Source: a virus. From it: 64,000 bases of DNA. The notes below the pieces were generated by a model, which was not told the origin of the DNA, did not search any database, and saw nothing but the letters and a program-made list of their open reading frames with translations. Made by a program: the position numbers and the translations under genes. Location: IMG/VR virus record IMGVR_UViG_3300033179_000001, positions 20,711-84,710 of that record, one strand, 5' to 3'. Below are positions 1 through 9,261 of the stretch, piece by piece (positions within the stretch are counted from its first letter, which is position 1; the number at the start of each line of letters is the position of its first letter).

Positions 1-1
1 T

Positions 2-220
2 GACCTCGAAACCTTGAAATTGGTCTGCAAGACTGTCGATATCCCCGTCATCGCCAATGGGGGCTGTTCTGGCCCAATCAATATGCTCAGCGCGATTGAG
101 GACGGAGCCCACGCGGTTGCAGCATCGTCTATATTTCTTTATGAGAATATATCGCCTTCGGCATGCAAAACGTATTTGGCCAAGGCTGGTATTCCCGTGA
201 GGATAGAGGAAAATGGTTAA
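2..220 (+). CDS. hisF: HisF-like cyclase, C-terminal part (5' truncated by window); likely sugar acetamidino-modification type
   Basis: DLETLKLV..VDIPVIANGG..GAHAVAASSIF..KTYLAKAGIPVR matches the HisF C-terminus; sugar-gene context. Confidence 0.8.
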   Translation, partial: DLETLKLVCKTVDIPVIANGGCSGPINMLSAIEDGAHAVAASSIFLYENISPSACKTYLAKAGIPVRIEENG

Positions 221-470
221 GTATGCGTCTTCTGCCCGCGCTGGTGATATCGCTAGGTGCATCAACGGCCACGATCTTTACCGGCTATTGGCCGATGTCG
301 TTCCCGGCTCTGTGATGCAATCCAGCATGTTTGAACCAATCGGGGATACCCCTAAGCCGCAATACGGCCAACAGATCGAGCGTTGCCACATCTGCGGCAC
401 ACCTTGGGTCACCAGTGGTCCGGGTGGCGGCTGGGTGTTCTGTAACCTGCGACGGCAGATAGAGATATGA
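213..470 (+). CDS. Hypothetical protein with CxxC
   Basis: ORF overlapping both neighbours, GAGGA SD. Confidence 0.6.
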   Translation: MVKYASSARAGDIARCINGHDLYRLLADVVPGSVMQSSMFEPIGDTPKPQYGQQIERCHICGTPWVTSGPGGGWVFCNLRRQIEI

Positions 471-640
471 CACCAAGATTACGATGGATTTGCGCAATCG
501 TCTCTGCGCTTAGTTTCTTGTGCGGTCTTACTGACTTTGGCCGTAATATTGATTGGTATGCCATTTTGGTGGTGATAGTTTTTGGTGCTTTTATCGCTGG
601 CATCATCATTCATGCTGGAAAATCTTCGGAAGGATCATGA
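467..640 (+). CDS. Small two-TM membrane protein (57 aa; not in ORF track)
   Basis: MTPRLRWICAIVSALSFLCG..WYAILVVIVFGAFIAGIII; ATGA overlaps at both ends. Confidence 0.55.
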   Translation: MTPRLRWICAIVSALSFLCGLTDFGRNIDWYAILVVIVFGAFIAGIIIHAGKSSEGS

Positions 641-1083
641 TGCGCTATTTTCTCGACACAGAGTTCAACGGCATGGGTGGAGACCTGATTAGTCTTGCGA
701 TGGTCTCGGAAGAGGGCGATCGTTACGCCTATTTTGCCACCAAATGCTTAAACCCAGTCCCCTGGGTCGACGAACATGTTATGCCGATAATAAAACTTGT
801 CGGAGCAACTCCAATGCCCGTGAAGCCAGATCAATTCGGCATTGGCATCTCGCTATTCCTTTCGCGAGACAGAGAGCCAATTATTATCGCCGATTGGCCT
901 GACGACATTGCATATTTCTGCAAGGCTTTGATCGTCGGCCCGGGCCAGATGGTCGACATCCCATCGCTCAAATTCGAAATCATCCGGATTGATGCCTATC
1001 CGACGACACTTGCCGGCGCTGTTCGGCATAACGCGCTTTGGGATGCGAGGGCGCTGAGGCACAAGATCATGGTTGAGAGATGA
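637..1083 (+). CDS. DEDDh 3'-5' exonuclease (Rv2179c/RNase AS-like)
   Basis: YFLDTEF..DLISLA, D..YF and HNALWDARAL motifs. Confidence 0.8.
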   Translation: MMRYFLDTEFNGMGGDLISLAMVSEEGDRYAYFATKCLNPVPWVDEHVMPIIKLVGATPMPVKPDQFGIGISLFLSRDREPIIIADWPDDIAYFCKALIVGPGQMVDIPSLKFEIIRIDAYPTTLAGAVRHNALWDARALRHKIMVER

Positions 1084-1274
1084 ATTATCAAATCAACATT
1101 TCTGTTCGGTTCGATCCATGCGCATTGCGGGAACATGATTTTCAGCCAGATACGTTCGGGCTTGCGTCTTTGACGAAAGTCGAAACCTGCACCCGTTGTG
1201 GGCTATTTCGGTATCCGAGATTGAAAATGAATGGGATAAATCGCAACGCTTCATTAATTTGGAAGAATGCATGA
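1080..1274 (+). CDS. Hypothetical protein
   Basis: ATGA-coupled ORF with Cys motifs. Confidence 0.45.
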   Translation: MNYQINISVRFDPCALREHDFQPDTFGLASLTKVETCTRCGLFRYPRLKMNGINRNASLIWKNA

Positions 1275-2005
1275 CTACGGCCATCATCTGCCAAGCTCGT
1301 ATGACATCTAAACGATTTCCGGGGAAAGTGCTCATGCCACTAGCCGGCAAGCCCGTGCTTGAGCGAGTGCTCGAACGGTGTGCGCTTGTGCCATTTGTCG
1401 ATACCATCGTGTGCGCGTTCCCAGCCGATGACGCCTCCATCCCGATCTATCAACTTTGCAACTCCATGGGAGTGGCTTGTGCGAGCGGTTCGGAAGACGA
1501 TGTGCTCAGTCGTTATTACGACGCCGCAACTATGTACGGTATCGATACCATCGTCAGGATTACGGCCGACTGCCCGTTCCTTGATCCAGTTGTGGCCGGG
1601 GAGGTGCTGGCGCTGCTCAAAGCCGAGAATCTCGATTATTGCTCCAATGTCTTCCCTGTGCGGACTTATCCGAAAGGATTTGATGTGGAGGCTTTCAGTT
1701 ATGATTGCCTTGAGGCCGCACATCTTCTCACAAAAAGTGCAGAGAATCGCGAGCACGTAACTTTATGGATGCAGCGCCGCAAGGGACTTCGTCGTGCCAA
1801 CGTTCGGCAGAAGATAGACCGTTCCGGCCTGAATTTCTGTGTTGATTATCCCGAAGACATCGAACGCCTTGAAAAACTCGTCGCCAAGATGCGCCTTCCC
1901 GGCCTCGGGATGAACGCTACCGGAACCCTTCCTGCGATCGATAAGGTATCGCAATGGACAAAACAGTTGATGGAGATGACGACTGATGACCGAAAACCGA
2001 ACTAA
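1271..2005 (+). CDS. spsF: SpsF-like acylneuraminate cytidylyltransferase
   Basis: IICQARMTSKRFPGKVL, GSEDDVLSRY, VRITADCP, REHVT, VDYPED motifs. Confidence 0.9.
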   Translation: MTTAIICQARMTSKRFPGKVLMPLAGKPVLERVLERCALVPFVDTIVCAFPADDASIPIYQLCNSMGVACASGSEDDVLSRYYDAATMYGIDTIVRITADCPFLDPVVAGEVLALLKAENLDYCSNVFPVRTYPKGFDVEAFSYDCLEAAHLLTKSAENREHVTLWMQRRKGLRRANVRQKIDRSGLNFCVDYPEDIERLEKLVAKMRLPGLGMNATGTLPAIDKVSQWTKQLMEMTTDDRKPN

Positions 2006-2627
2006 GAACACCGAAGCATGGGCCGGCGGATGGGGAAATTCGTATCAGGAGAGGAATCAATCATCGTGGGTCGGTATCAAGAACCGCTCCCGTCTGTTCG
2101 GCGACATCTTCCAAGCCATGGAGACTGCCTGCAAGTCCTTCCCGACCTCGGTGATTGAGGTTGGAGGTGGGTGCGGGGATAACCTGCGGGCCATCGACAT
2201 GGTCTATGAGCGGTCACGCCATCCCATCAAACTCATGTCCTGCGATCCGAACGAAACCGCCCGCAAGGCCATGGCAGACGTGGCTACGGTACTTCCCGGG
2301 GACCTCAGTCAGTTGCCCTATCAGGACGATGCAGCCGATCTGGTGTTCACGTCAGGCGTTCTTATCCACGTCCCGCCAGCCGAGTTGCCTCGCGCACTGT
2401 CAGAAATTCACCGAGTGTCAAAACGCTGGATTCTGTCGATCGAGTATTTCAATTCGACACCAGATGAGGTGGTCTATCGCGGCCAGTCAGGCATGCTCTG
2501 GCGCCGAGATTGGGGCGAGGCATGGATGACACAGTTTCCGACGCTCAAGCCAATCGGAAATGGCTTTGCGTGGAAGCGGACCACTGGTTTGGATAATGTC
2601 CACTGGTTTCTCCTCGAACTTCCGTAG
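1986..2627 (+). CDS. Pseudaminic acid biosynthesis-associated SAM methyltransferase
   Basis: W.G.WGNSY.ERN N-terminus, IEVGGGCGDNL SAM motif, DLVFTSGVLIHV, IEYF, YRG..LWRRDW. Confidence 0.85.
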   Translation: MTENRTKNTEAWAGGWGNSYQERNQSSWVGIKNRSRLFGDIFQAMETACKSFPTSVIEVGGGCGDNLRAIDMVYERSRHPIKLMSCDPNETARKAMADVATVLPGDLSQLPYQDDAADLVFTSGVLIHVPPAELPRALSEIHRVSKRWILSIEYFNSTPDEVVYRGQSGMLWRRDWGEAWMTQFPTLKPIGNGFAWKRTTGLDNVHWFLLELP

Positions 2628-2638
2628 GGAGCTACCGC

Positions 2639-3154
2639 GTGAGAATATGTTCGGTAGAACGTTGTGAGAGAGTGCATCTGGCTAAAGGTTATTGTCAGAT
2701 GCATTATTTACGTATGTATAAAAATGGCTCTCTTTCGAAAAAAGAAGGGCATGTCAGAAAAAATGGATACAAATATTTTGCAAAGTTTAAAAAGCTTGAA
2801 CATGTCATGATAGCCGAAAATGCCTTGGGAAAGTCGCTTCCGAAGAGAGCCGTGGTTCATCACGTTGATGAGAACCCTTTGAATAATTCACCAACAAATC
2901 TCGTTGTTTGCCAAGATCAAAGATATCACATTCTATTGCATGTTCGCATGAGAGCTATAGCAGCATGCGGAAATCCAGATTGGCGTCCGTGTAGTCGATG
3001 CACCAAATATGATGATATTGCTAATATGAAACCGAGAGGTAGACAATATCATCATGCTATATGTGAAAAAGAATATCAGCGCGAATATATCTCAAAAAAC
3101 AAAGATCATTTGGTAGCCTATAAGCATAATTGGTATATAGAAAACAAAGGATAA
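2639..3154 (+). CDS. HNH homing endonuclease
   Basis: C..C/HLAKGYCQMHY N-terminus; EHVMIAE..VVHHVDENPLNNSPTNL; AT-rich. Confidence 0.85.
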   Translation: MRICSVERCERVHLAKGYCQMHYLRMYKNGSLSKKEGHVRKNGYKYFAKFKKLEHVMIAENALGKSLPKRAVVHHVDENPLNNSPTNLVVCQDQRYHILLHVRMRAIAACGNPDWRPCSRCTKYDDIANMKPRGRQYHHAICEKEYQREYISKNKDHLVAYKHNWYIENKG

Positions 3155-3234
3155 AATCATGAATAAGTTTGGCGATGCGCCGATCCAGCCGAAATATCAC
3201 AACATGATCGCCATGTTTGCAACGCTGAGCATCC

Positions 3235-4362
3235 TTAGACAATATTGAAGTTGGCCGATTTCAGAACCGCTGCGGGAGTGTGAATAGTCACGCCAAATCC
3301 AACACTTCCAATGACGGAAACGCTGCCCCCAGTAACAGCATTCACCGTAAACGAATCGGTGCCAAACTCACATTGTGAAAATGTAGTAAAATACGAATGC
3401 TGTATATCGACTGGGCCTGAGATAACACATTGACTGAATTTAGGCAGACAGAATGTTCCTCCAAAACTGTCGTCGATGAATATGCTCTTGGTAAAAACAC
3501 CAGAAAAGTCGCACATCACGAAAGCATTCTCTTGTGATGTAGCTCCTGCAAAACCAACACCTTGCCAAAAGGCATACCGTTGACTTGCAAAGGAACCATT
3601 CCCGTCGAAAATACAGCGGTTATACCAATTTGCTCCATTCGATACGATACAGTCTTGGCACCCCATAATCCAAGTATCAAAGCAATGCCCATCTATTCCT
3701 GAAGTAACTAAGCCTGCGCTTCCATACCAAATCGTACAACTTCCAATGTAGACAGGAATGTCTTGTGCCACGGTTACCGTATTGCTGGTGACTAAGGCAA
3801 CATTTGCATTAAAATACCCCTGTGCAGTTAGATGTTCTAATGAACATCCTCGCAAACAAGAACTATCAAAATGAATGGTATCTACATTAGTCACGAAACC
3901 TGAAATATACGATACATCTCGACCTGCACCGACCAATCGTACACGACTCTTCACAGTTATGCCTGTGGTAATTGCGTAAATCCCTGGAGGACAAAATACG
4001 ATGCCACCTCCGAATGTGGCAGCCATGAAGTTGATGGCATTCTGTATCGCAGTGTCACTTGACACCGCGCCAGTCGGGTCGGCACCCCATGCGATAATAT
4101 CAGTCCATGGACGACCGCTTTTGAAGTATTGATGTCCAGTCCAACTATTGTTGCCTGCAAGCGAGATACCACCGCCTGACGGTGGGGTTGCAAATACGCC
4201 ATCTTCACGTAGGAAGTTGGATGTTCCGGGCGTCACCCCCGGATCGGGGACTAGACCGATAGAATGATTCGGACCTGATGCACCGAAGACAGAACTTGCC
4301 GCTGATGATAGTGGCAATGGTTGTCCGGTGTTGACGTTAACGAATCGTTCCGCAACCATCAT
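3235..4362 (-). CDS. Tailspike-like beta-helix protein (pectate lyase 3-like)
   Basis: WGADPTG..DTAIQNAIN..GGIVFCPPGIY motif followed by beta-helix-like repeats. Confidence 0.75.
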   Translation of the reverse strand: MMVAERFVNVNTGQPLPLSSAASSVFGASGPNHSIGLVPDPGVTPGTSNFLREDGVFATPPSGGGISLAGNNSWTGHQYFKSGRPWTDIIAWGADPTGAVSSDTAIQNAINFMAATFGGGIVFCPPGIYAITTGITVKSRVRLVGAGRDVSYISGFVTNVDTIHFDSSCLRGCSLEHLTAQGYFNANVALVTSNTVTVAQDIPVYIGSCTIWYGSAGLVTSGIDGHCFDTWIMGCQDCIVSNGANWYNRCIFDGNGSFASQRYAFWQGVGFAGATSQENAFVMCDFSGVFTKSIFIDDSFGGTFCLPKFSQCVISGPVDIQHSYFTTFSQCEFGTDSFTVNAVTGGSVSVIGSVGFGVTIHTPAAVLKSANFNIV

Positions 4363-4368
4363 CTCTCC

Positions 4369-5508
4369 TTAAAGGCCGCAATCGGCTTGATAGTGCAAAT
4401 AGCAAAAATGGTTTGAAGCAGATACGGCAGCCCCAATTACAAAAGCTCCCTTGGGAGATACAGAACCAGTATCGAATGAGGATGCAACACTAACACTCGT
4501 TGTATTATCCAGCCAATTTGGCGTAGCCCCGGTGGGGCTATACGCGACGAATGATGCCGTCGCATACATCTCTACCGGCTCGAAATTAATAAATAGTCCG
4601 ATCTGTGATGCCGCAGCCGATACAACTTCTATAGACCCAGCTAGACCAGCAGCCTGTGCAGGTGCCGTTCCGTAAGGGAATGATTTACGGAAGAACTTCT
4701 TGCATTGTCTCAGGCATACATCAAACGGCAAATCCTCAAAGGATTGTACGATCGCACCAGGAACAAGACAGAAAGCGTCCAAGGTGATCGAATCGTCTGT
4801 TCCTGCCGTTCCTACAGGAGTCCATGTGACCTGTAATTCTCCCTGCGTAGCAGTTGCGGGTACGACTGCAGCGCTTGTACCTGAGATCGTCGCGGATGAT
4901 CCTGCCGTTATATTGGTGGAGATTGAGACCGGGTTTGTCTCACTAGTGAACCCGCCGCCTCGCTTGCCGGCCGTTCCTGTTCCAACATAAAAATTGATCA
5001 ATAAGGTGCCAGATGCCGGAGACCAATTTGCACCAGCTTTGGCAGCACCACTGAACGAAACTAATCCGCCGCGAATATTCGCTAACTCATCTGCCGTCAA
5101 CGGATAGCCGAATATCAGAACTCCGGTTCCTGTTTGTCCGCTATTACGCTGTATCTTAGCGGCGTGAGCAGGAGCGACAGAAGCATCAAGAGAATTTGCT
5201 GGCGTCACAGTAGTAGCTTGATTCGTCCCAGTCGTAAGATACCAACGATCAGCAGTGTAAGATGTTGTCGAAGCCGGAATTGGGAAACTTGCTGCCGAAC
5301 CTGCCCCACGCTGCCAAATGTTGAAACTCCCATTCGCCATCAAGACATTCGCGAACGTCGGGACCGTGTTCAACTGTGTCATTACGGTTGTGAGCGCAGA
5401 TGCTAAATCGGTGAAAATTGCATCCCAAACTGCGCTTTGCAGCACCTGCCCTGGAGCCGCGTTCGTCGCACCATTTGGCGGGGTATAGAGATTCCCTGAA
5501 AACGGCAT
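4369..5508 (-). CDS. Tail fibre-like virion protein
   Basis: NGSFNIWQRG..YTADRW and EDL..CKKFF motifs of phage fibres; N-terminal anchor shared with next gene. Confidence 0.7.
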   Translation of the reverse strand: MPFSGNLYTPPNGATNAAPGQVLQSAVWDAIFTDLASALTTVMTQLNTVPTFANVLMANGSFNIWQRGAGSAASFPIPASTTSYTADRWYLTTGTNQATTVTPANSLDASVAPAHAAKIQRNSGQTGTGVLIFGYPLTADELANIRGGLVSFSGAAKAGANWSPASGTLLINFYVGTGTAGKRGGGFTSETNPVSISTNITAGSSATISGTSAAVVPATATQGELQVTWTPVGTAGTDDSITLDAFCLVPGAIVQSFEDLPFDVCLRQCKKFFRKSFPYGTAPAQAAGLAGSIEVVSAAASQIGLFINFEPVEMYATASFVAYSPTGATPNWLDNTTSVSVASSFDTGSVSPKGAFVIGAAVSASNHFCYLHYQADCGL

Positions 5509-5512
5509 TTGA

Positions 5513-6418
5513 TCAGACCCCCGTGTAAATTAATTTATTGATGATGATGGCAGGATTCATGATGGGATGAGAAGTACCACCAGTGTTAGTAGATGAAGCT
5601 GGCGCATTAAGAATATTTGTCCAACTGTTTTCCTGTTTTTGGGGGACCCAATGAGAACCAGATGACGCATCAGTGACCTGAATATTTGCAATGGCTGATG
5701 CCGTATTTCCTTGCGCGACAAATCCGGTAAAAGCTATTTGCGATGTAATAGATGGTATTTGGCTCGCTGACAGTGTTTGGTTTTGACCGCCTCCAGTTCC
5801 ACCATACACGAGGCCGTCAAAATTTCCTCCAGCCACCGTAATGCGACCCGCCGCCACGCCGCCCATGCCATCATTACCAAAGGCTGCTCGTCCTCGAAAA
5901 TCAGGGATGCCAAATGTTCCGACCCCTGATCCATACGTCGTGCCAAGCACCGCGAAAAGTGCCGCGTATGTCGTTGTCGAGACTTGTTGGCCAAAGCATT
6001 GCAGCCAGCCCGATGGGGTAGCAGTCCCACCATAGTCGATAAGTGTGCCGATCGGGACAGTTCCCTTGGTGGCGCTAATAGTTCCTGTAAATGTCGCGCC
6101 ACCGGCCCATGTCGTTGACGTGTCGGAATTGACCGTGGCGGCCTGTACACCATTTACGGCAATACCGATCTGATTCGCGCCCGCAAGATAGAACCCAGTC
6201 TTTGTTGCACCATTGAACCCATAACCAGGAGATGAAACGAGGCCAGCCGATCCGACAAGTTGGCCTGTCATGGTCGAAACGCCAGTGGTCGCCAATGATT
6301 GTGTCAGAGCCGTGGCTAAATCATTGAATAGCGTATTATCGTCGGACGCCTTGATCAGCCCGCCGGGGACAAAGGCACCGATCGGCAATGTGTATGTACC
6401 GTTTGAACCTCTAGGCGT
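5513..6418 (-). CDS. Tail collar domain fibre protein (start probably ACG at 6418, or amber readthrough from upstream)
   Basis: PSGWLQCFGQ..YAALFAVLGTTYG..TFGIPDFRGR collar motif; GGAGG SD 5 nt before ACG-CCT-AGA. Confidence 0.8.
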   Translation of the reverse strand, partial: TPRGSNGTYTLPIGAFVPGGLIKASDDNTLFNDLATALTQSLATTGVSTMTGQLVGSAGLVSSPGYGFNGATKTGFYLAGANQIGIAVNGVQAATVNSDTSTTWAGGATFTGTISATKGTVPIGTLIDYGGTATPSGWLQCFGQQVSTTTYAALFAVLGTTYGSGVGTFGIPDFRGRAAFGNDGMGGVAAGRITVAGGNFDGLVYGGTGGGQNQTLSASQIPSITSQIAFTGFVAQGNTASAIANIQVTDASSGSHWVPQKQENSWTNILNAPASSTNTGGTSHPIMNPAIIINKLIYTGV

Positions 6419-6427
6419 GGCAACCTC

Positions 6428-7453
6428 CTATTGTCCGCGAATTGCGTTGACCATATCATCTTGGCTCGGCTGTGTCTGTGTCGCTGCTATACCAGCCGGC
6501 AAACCAGCGATGCCGTACTTTTTCAGAATGTCGATCAGTTTATCATTGAATACGATGTAGTTGCGGGAGCCTTCGCCGGAAGTGCGGGAGCCTTGGTCTA
6601 GGTATTTGATGCCGGGGAGACCAGCTTCTCGGAGTTTTTCAGACGCTATCTGCTCATCAAGGCCAATGAATCCTTGTTTCATGGCAGTACCGGCTTGCGC
6701 CGGATGAAACTCATCCCATTGACGAGGTCGCATCGCTTTCTGCAAAGCATCAACAACGACGGGATGCTGCTCACTCAGCGGCTTATCCCAATCGAGGAAG
6801 TGCTCCGGATCCGCGTTGATGTTGACCTCGTACATGCGGCCGGGGTTGGACTGCAGCGGCTCCGCTTTGATGCGTTGCAGTTTAGCTTGCGCAGCATCTC
6901 GCGCAGCTATTGCAGCGTTAAATTCCTCTTTCGTGCCAGACATCGCCTTGCCTACAGCCATATAGGCATCATTGTACGCCTTACTCGCATCTGCCAATTC
7001 AGGATGTACCGGAGTCGTAGCCAATGCATCGCGATAACTCTTCGCAACGGGCTCCGACTCCGCAAAATACAATCCATGCCCGTAAGCCTGCGCGCCCTCT
7101 CCGGTCCCGATCTTGGATAGGTCGAACGCATCGAAGTCATGCGGCGAGCCGTGATAAGCCTTGATGCCCATCCGCATCGCATTGGCTTCAGCCGGGATAG
7201 CTCCAGCACCTAGCGTCAACATGCTAGCCATGTCAGCCGCAGGCTTGACCATCTGTTCTGTGGTGATCGGCGTTGTGGACGCCAACGCATTTCCGGGGGC
7301 TGCCATTGCATTAATGAGCGGCTCTGCCGTTTGCTTCAGAATTTCCACATCCTTTGGTGCCGCCTGCTTCGCCCAATCACTCAAGAATGGCGGGACGAAC
7401 TGCTCCGCATCAAATTCCGGCTGATGATCAACGGGAACGAAATCAGGCATCAC
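6428..7453 (-). CDS. ADP-ribosyltransferase-like (ART-PolyVal type) protein, probably virion-injected
   Basis: AYHGSPHDFDAFDLSKIGTGEGAQAYGHGLYFAE and GIKYLD..NYIVF motifs. Confidence 0.7.
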   Translation of the reverse strand: MMPDFVPVDHQPEFDAEQFVPPFLSDWAKQAAPKDVEILKQTAEPLINAMAAPGNALASTTPITTEQMVKPAADMASMLTLGAGAIPAEANAMRMGIKAYHGSPHDFDAFDLSKIGTGEGAQAYGHGLYFAESEPVAKSYRDALATTPVHPELADASKAYNDAYMAVGKAMSGTKEEFNAAIAARDAAQAKLQRIKAEPLQSNPGRMYEVNINADPEHFLDWDKPLSEQHPVVVDALQKAMRPRQWDEFHPAQAGTAMKQGFIGLDEQIASEKLREAGLPGIKYLDQGSRTSGEGSRNYIVFNDKLIDILKKYGIAGLPAGIAATQTQPSQDDMVNAIRGQ

Positions 7454-9261
7454 GGCCTCACTTCGATGAATTTTCCGGGGCGATTTGGGTCATTTAAATA
7501 CCACTTACCGTCCTTCGCCTTGCGAGCGCCCGGAATCGGTGGCGTAGCGGTCTGACCGCCTTTGATCTGGTTTACCAAGGCTTCCATGGTTGGCGATGTC
7601 CCGAACCTATAGGGCAAAACCTGATTCGAAAGCATGCCTTGTGTGAGCGGGTTCATGAGGGCTGCGCGTGCGGCTGGACGCATAATGAATGGTCCCATCG
7701 CTTCGCCGAGCAGCAATCCGCCAACACCACCCTCACTACCGCCAAGCAAATGAGAACCAGCCAAGTAACCGCCGCCGCCACTCAAAGCGTGGGTCAAGCC
7801 ACCTCCGACGCTGGACATGGCCCTTTCAATGTTGAGACGCGAAGCCGTGCCGCTATCGGGATACTGCTTCAGGACATTTCGGCCGGCATCAGCCAATTCC
7901 GAAAAATCATCCATCCCGCGCGTATACTGGTTTTTGCCGTAAACCCGCTTAGCCGCTTGCGCCAACGTGGCCGGTGTCATGTTCGCTGATCCGGCCCAAT
8001 CTTGAAGCACCAAAGCGTTCCGATAGTCGCGCCGCGTCTGAGCCCATGCGCCAGCATCGTTCGGATTAGTGCGCTGTATCGTCCGCTCCATCGCGTCATC
8101 CAGTGCGTTGGTGACACCGTGCAGACCTTCGGCCCGCTGCGGATCGGTCGCGCCCTGTGCGGCTCTCCTCAGATTAGACCGCAGCATCAGATAATCCGCG
8201 CCGCTTAAGTTTCCCGCACCGGTACCGATCGCATCTATCACACGCCTGATGCTGCCATTCACGCTATTGACGGTTTCTTGCGGATAGAGCCCAGGCGTCC
8301 CGTTATACGTGTCGTGGATGTCTCGAATATCGTTGACCAGCTGCTGATCTGCCGTGACATTATTTCGAGCCGCCAAGGCATCGAACTGGCCACCAACCCG
8401 GTTCATCATCGTATTGACGGCACCGGTTTGTCCGGTAATCGGCCGATCGCCAATATGTTCGCCAACACGATTGAATGCCGCTTGTGTGAATGCCTGATCT
8501 TGAGCCTCGTTTCTCCCATGGGCTAATTCGGATTCGGCTGCTTTGACTGTCCTGCTGCCGATTCGGTCGCCAGCGGTGAGCGGCACGCCTTCGCGATCGA
8601 GCACACCAATCATCGCTTGCCGCTCTTGAGGGATAATGTTCGGCGTAACCAGTCGCGGCGCAGCAGTCGTTCCGTGCCCACCCGCGATAGCGCCGATCAA
8701 TTGCAACGCGGCTTTCGTCTTCGGACTATCCGGCGCAAACTTATTCGCTACATCCCCCATCGCCTCAGACCCGACAGCACCACCCGCAGCCGTCGCGGCT
8801 TTCGCAAGCATGCCACCTGGACCGAGATAACTCTCAGGATTTCCGACGAACTCGCCAGCCGTCCCCGCATATCGGCCATAGTTGGTCTGTGGGCTCGCTT
8901 CAATCCCCGCAGCCTTGGTGATTTGCTGACCGTAACCCGGCTCGGCCTGTGGTCGTTCAGTGAGACCAAAATCAGCCATGAGATTTGCAAAATGGTGCGA
9001 CGGACCAAACGGCCCCGCAAAAGCCTCGCCAACATCCCCAACCGCACTAGCGAGCCCGCGACCTAGACCCTTGGTACCTTCCTTGACAACATCCTCGGTG
9101 GTCGAACGCGGTTGAGCCGCCGCATAAGCCGATTTCAGTTCATCATCCGACATTTTACTATAATCGACCGGAGGCGGTGCCGCAGATGCAGCCGGCGCAG
9201 CCTGAGAGGCCGCATAAGCAGCCTTCAGTTCGTCGTCTGACATCTGACTGAAGTCGGCCAT
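7450..9261 (-). CDS. Internal virion/ejection protein
   Basis: Ala/Gly-rich, DxSxMSDDEL repeated twice, position in ejection module. Confidence 0.65.
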   Translation of the reverse strand: MADFSQMSDDELKAAYAASQAAPAASAAPPPVDYSKMSDDELKSAYAAAQPRSTTEDVVKEGTKGLGRGLASAVGDVGEAFAGPFGPSHHFANLMADFGLTERPQAEPGYGQQITKAAGIEASPQTNYGRYAGTAGEFVGNPESYLGPGGMLAKAATAAGGAVGSEAMGDVANKFAPDSPKTKAALQLIGAIAGGHGTTAAPRLVTPNIIPQERQAMIGVLDREGVPLTAGDRIGSRTVKAAESELAHGRNEAQDQAFTQAAFNRVGEHIGDRPITGQTGAVNTMMNRVGGQFDALAARNNVTADQQLVNDIRDIHDTYNGTPGLYPQETVNSVNGSIRRVIDAIGTGAGNLSGADYLMLRSNLRRAAQGATDPQRAEGLHGVTNALDDAMERTIQRTNPNDAGAWAQTRRDYRNALVLQDWAGSANMTPATLAQAAKRVYGKNQYTRGMDDFSELADAGRNVLKQYPDSGTASRLNIERAMSSVGGGLTHALSGGGGYLAGSHLLGGSEGGVGGLLLGEAMGPFIMRPAARAALMNPLTQGMLSNQVLPYRFGTSPTMEALVNQIKGGQTATPPIPGARKAKDGKWYLNDPNRPGKFIEVRP

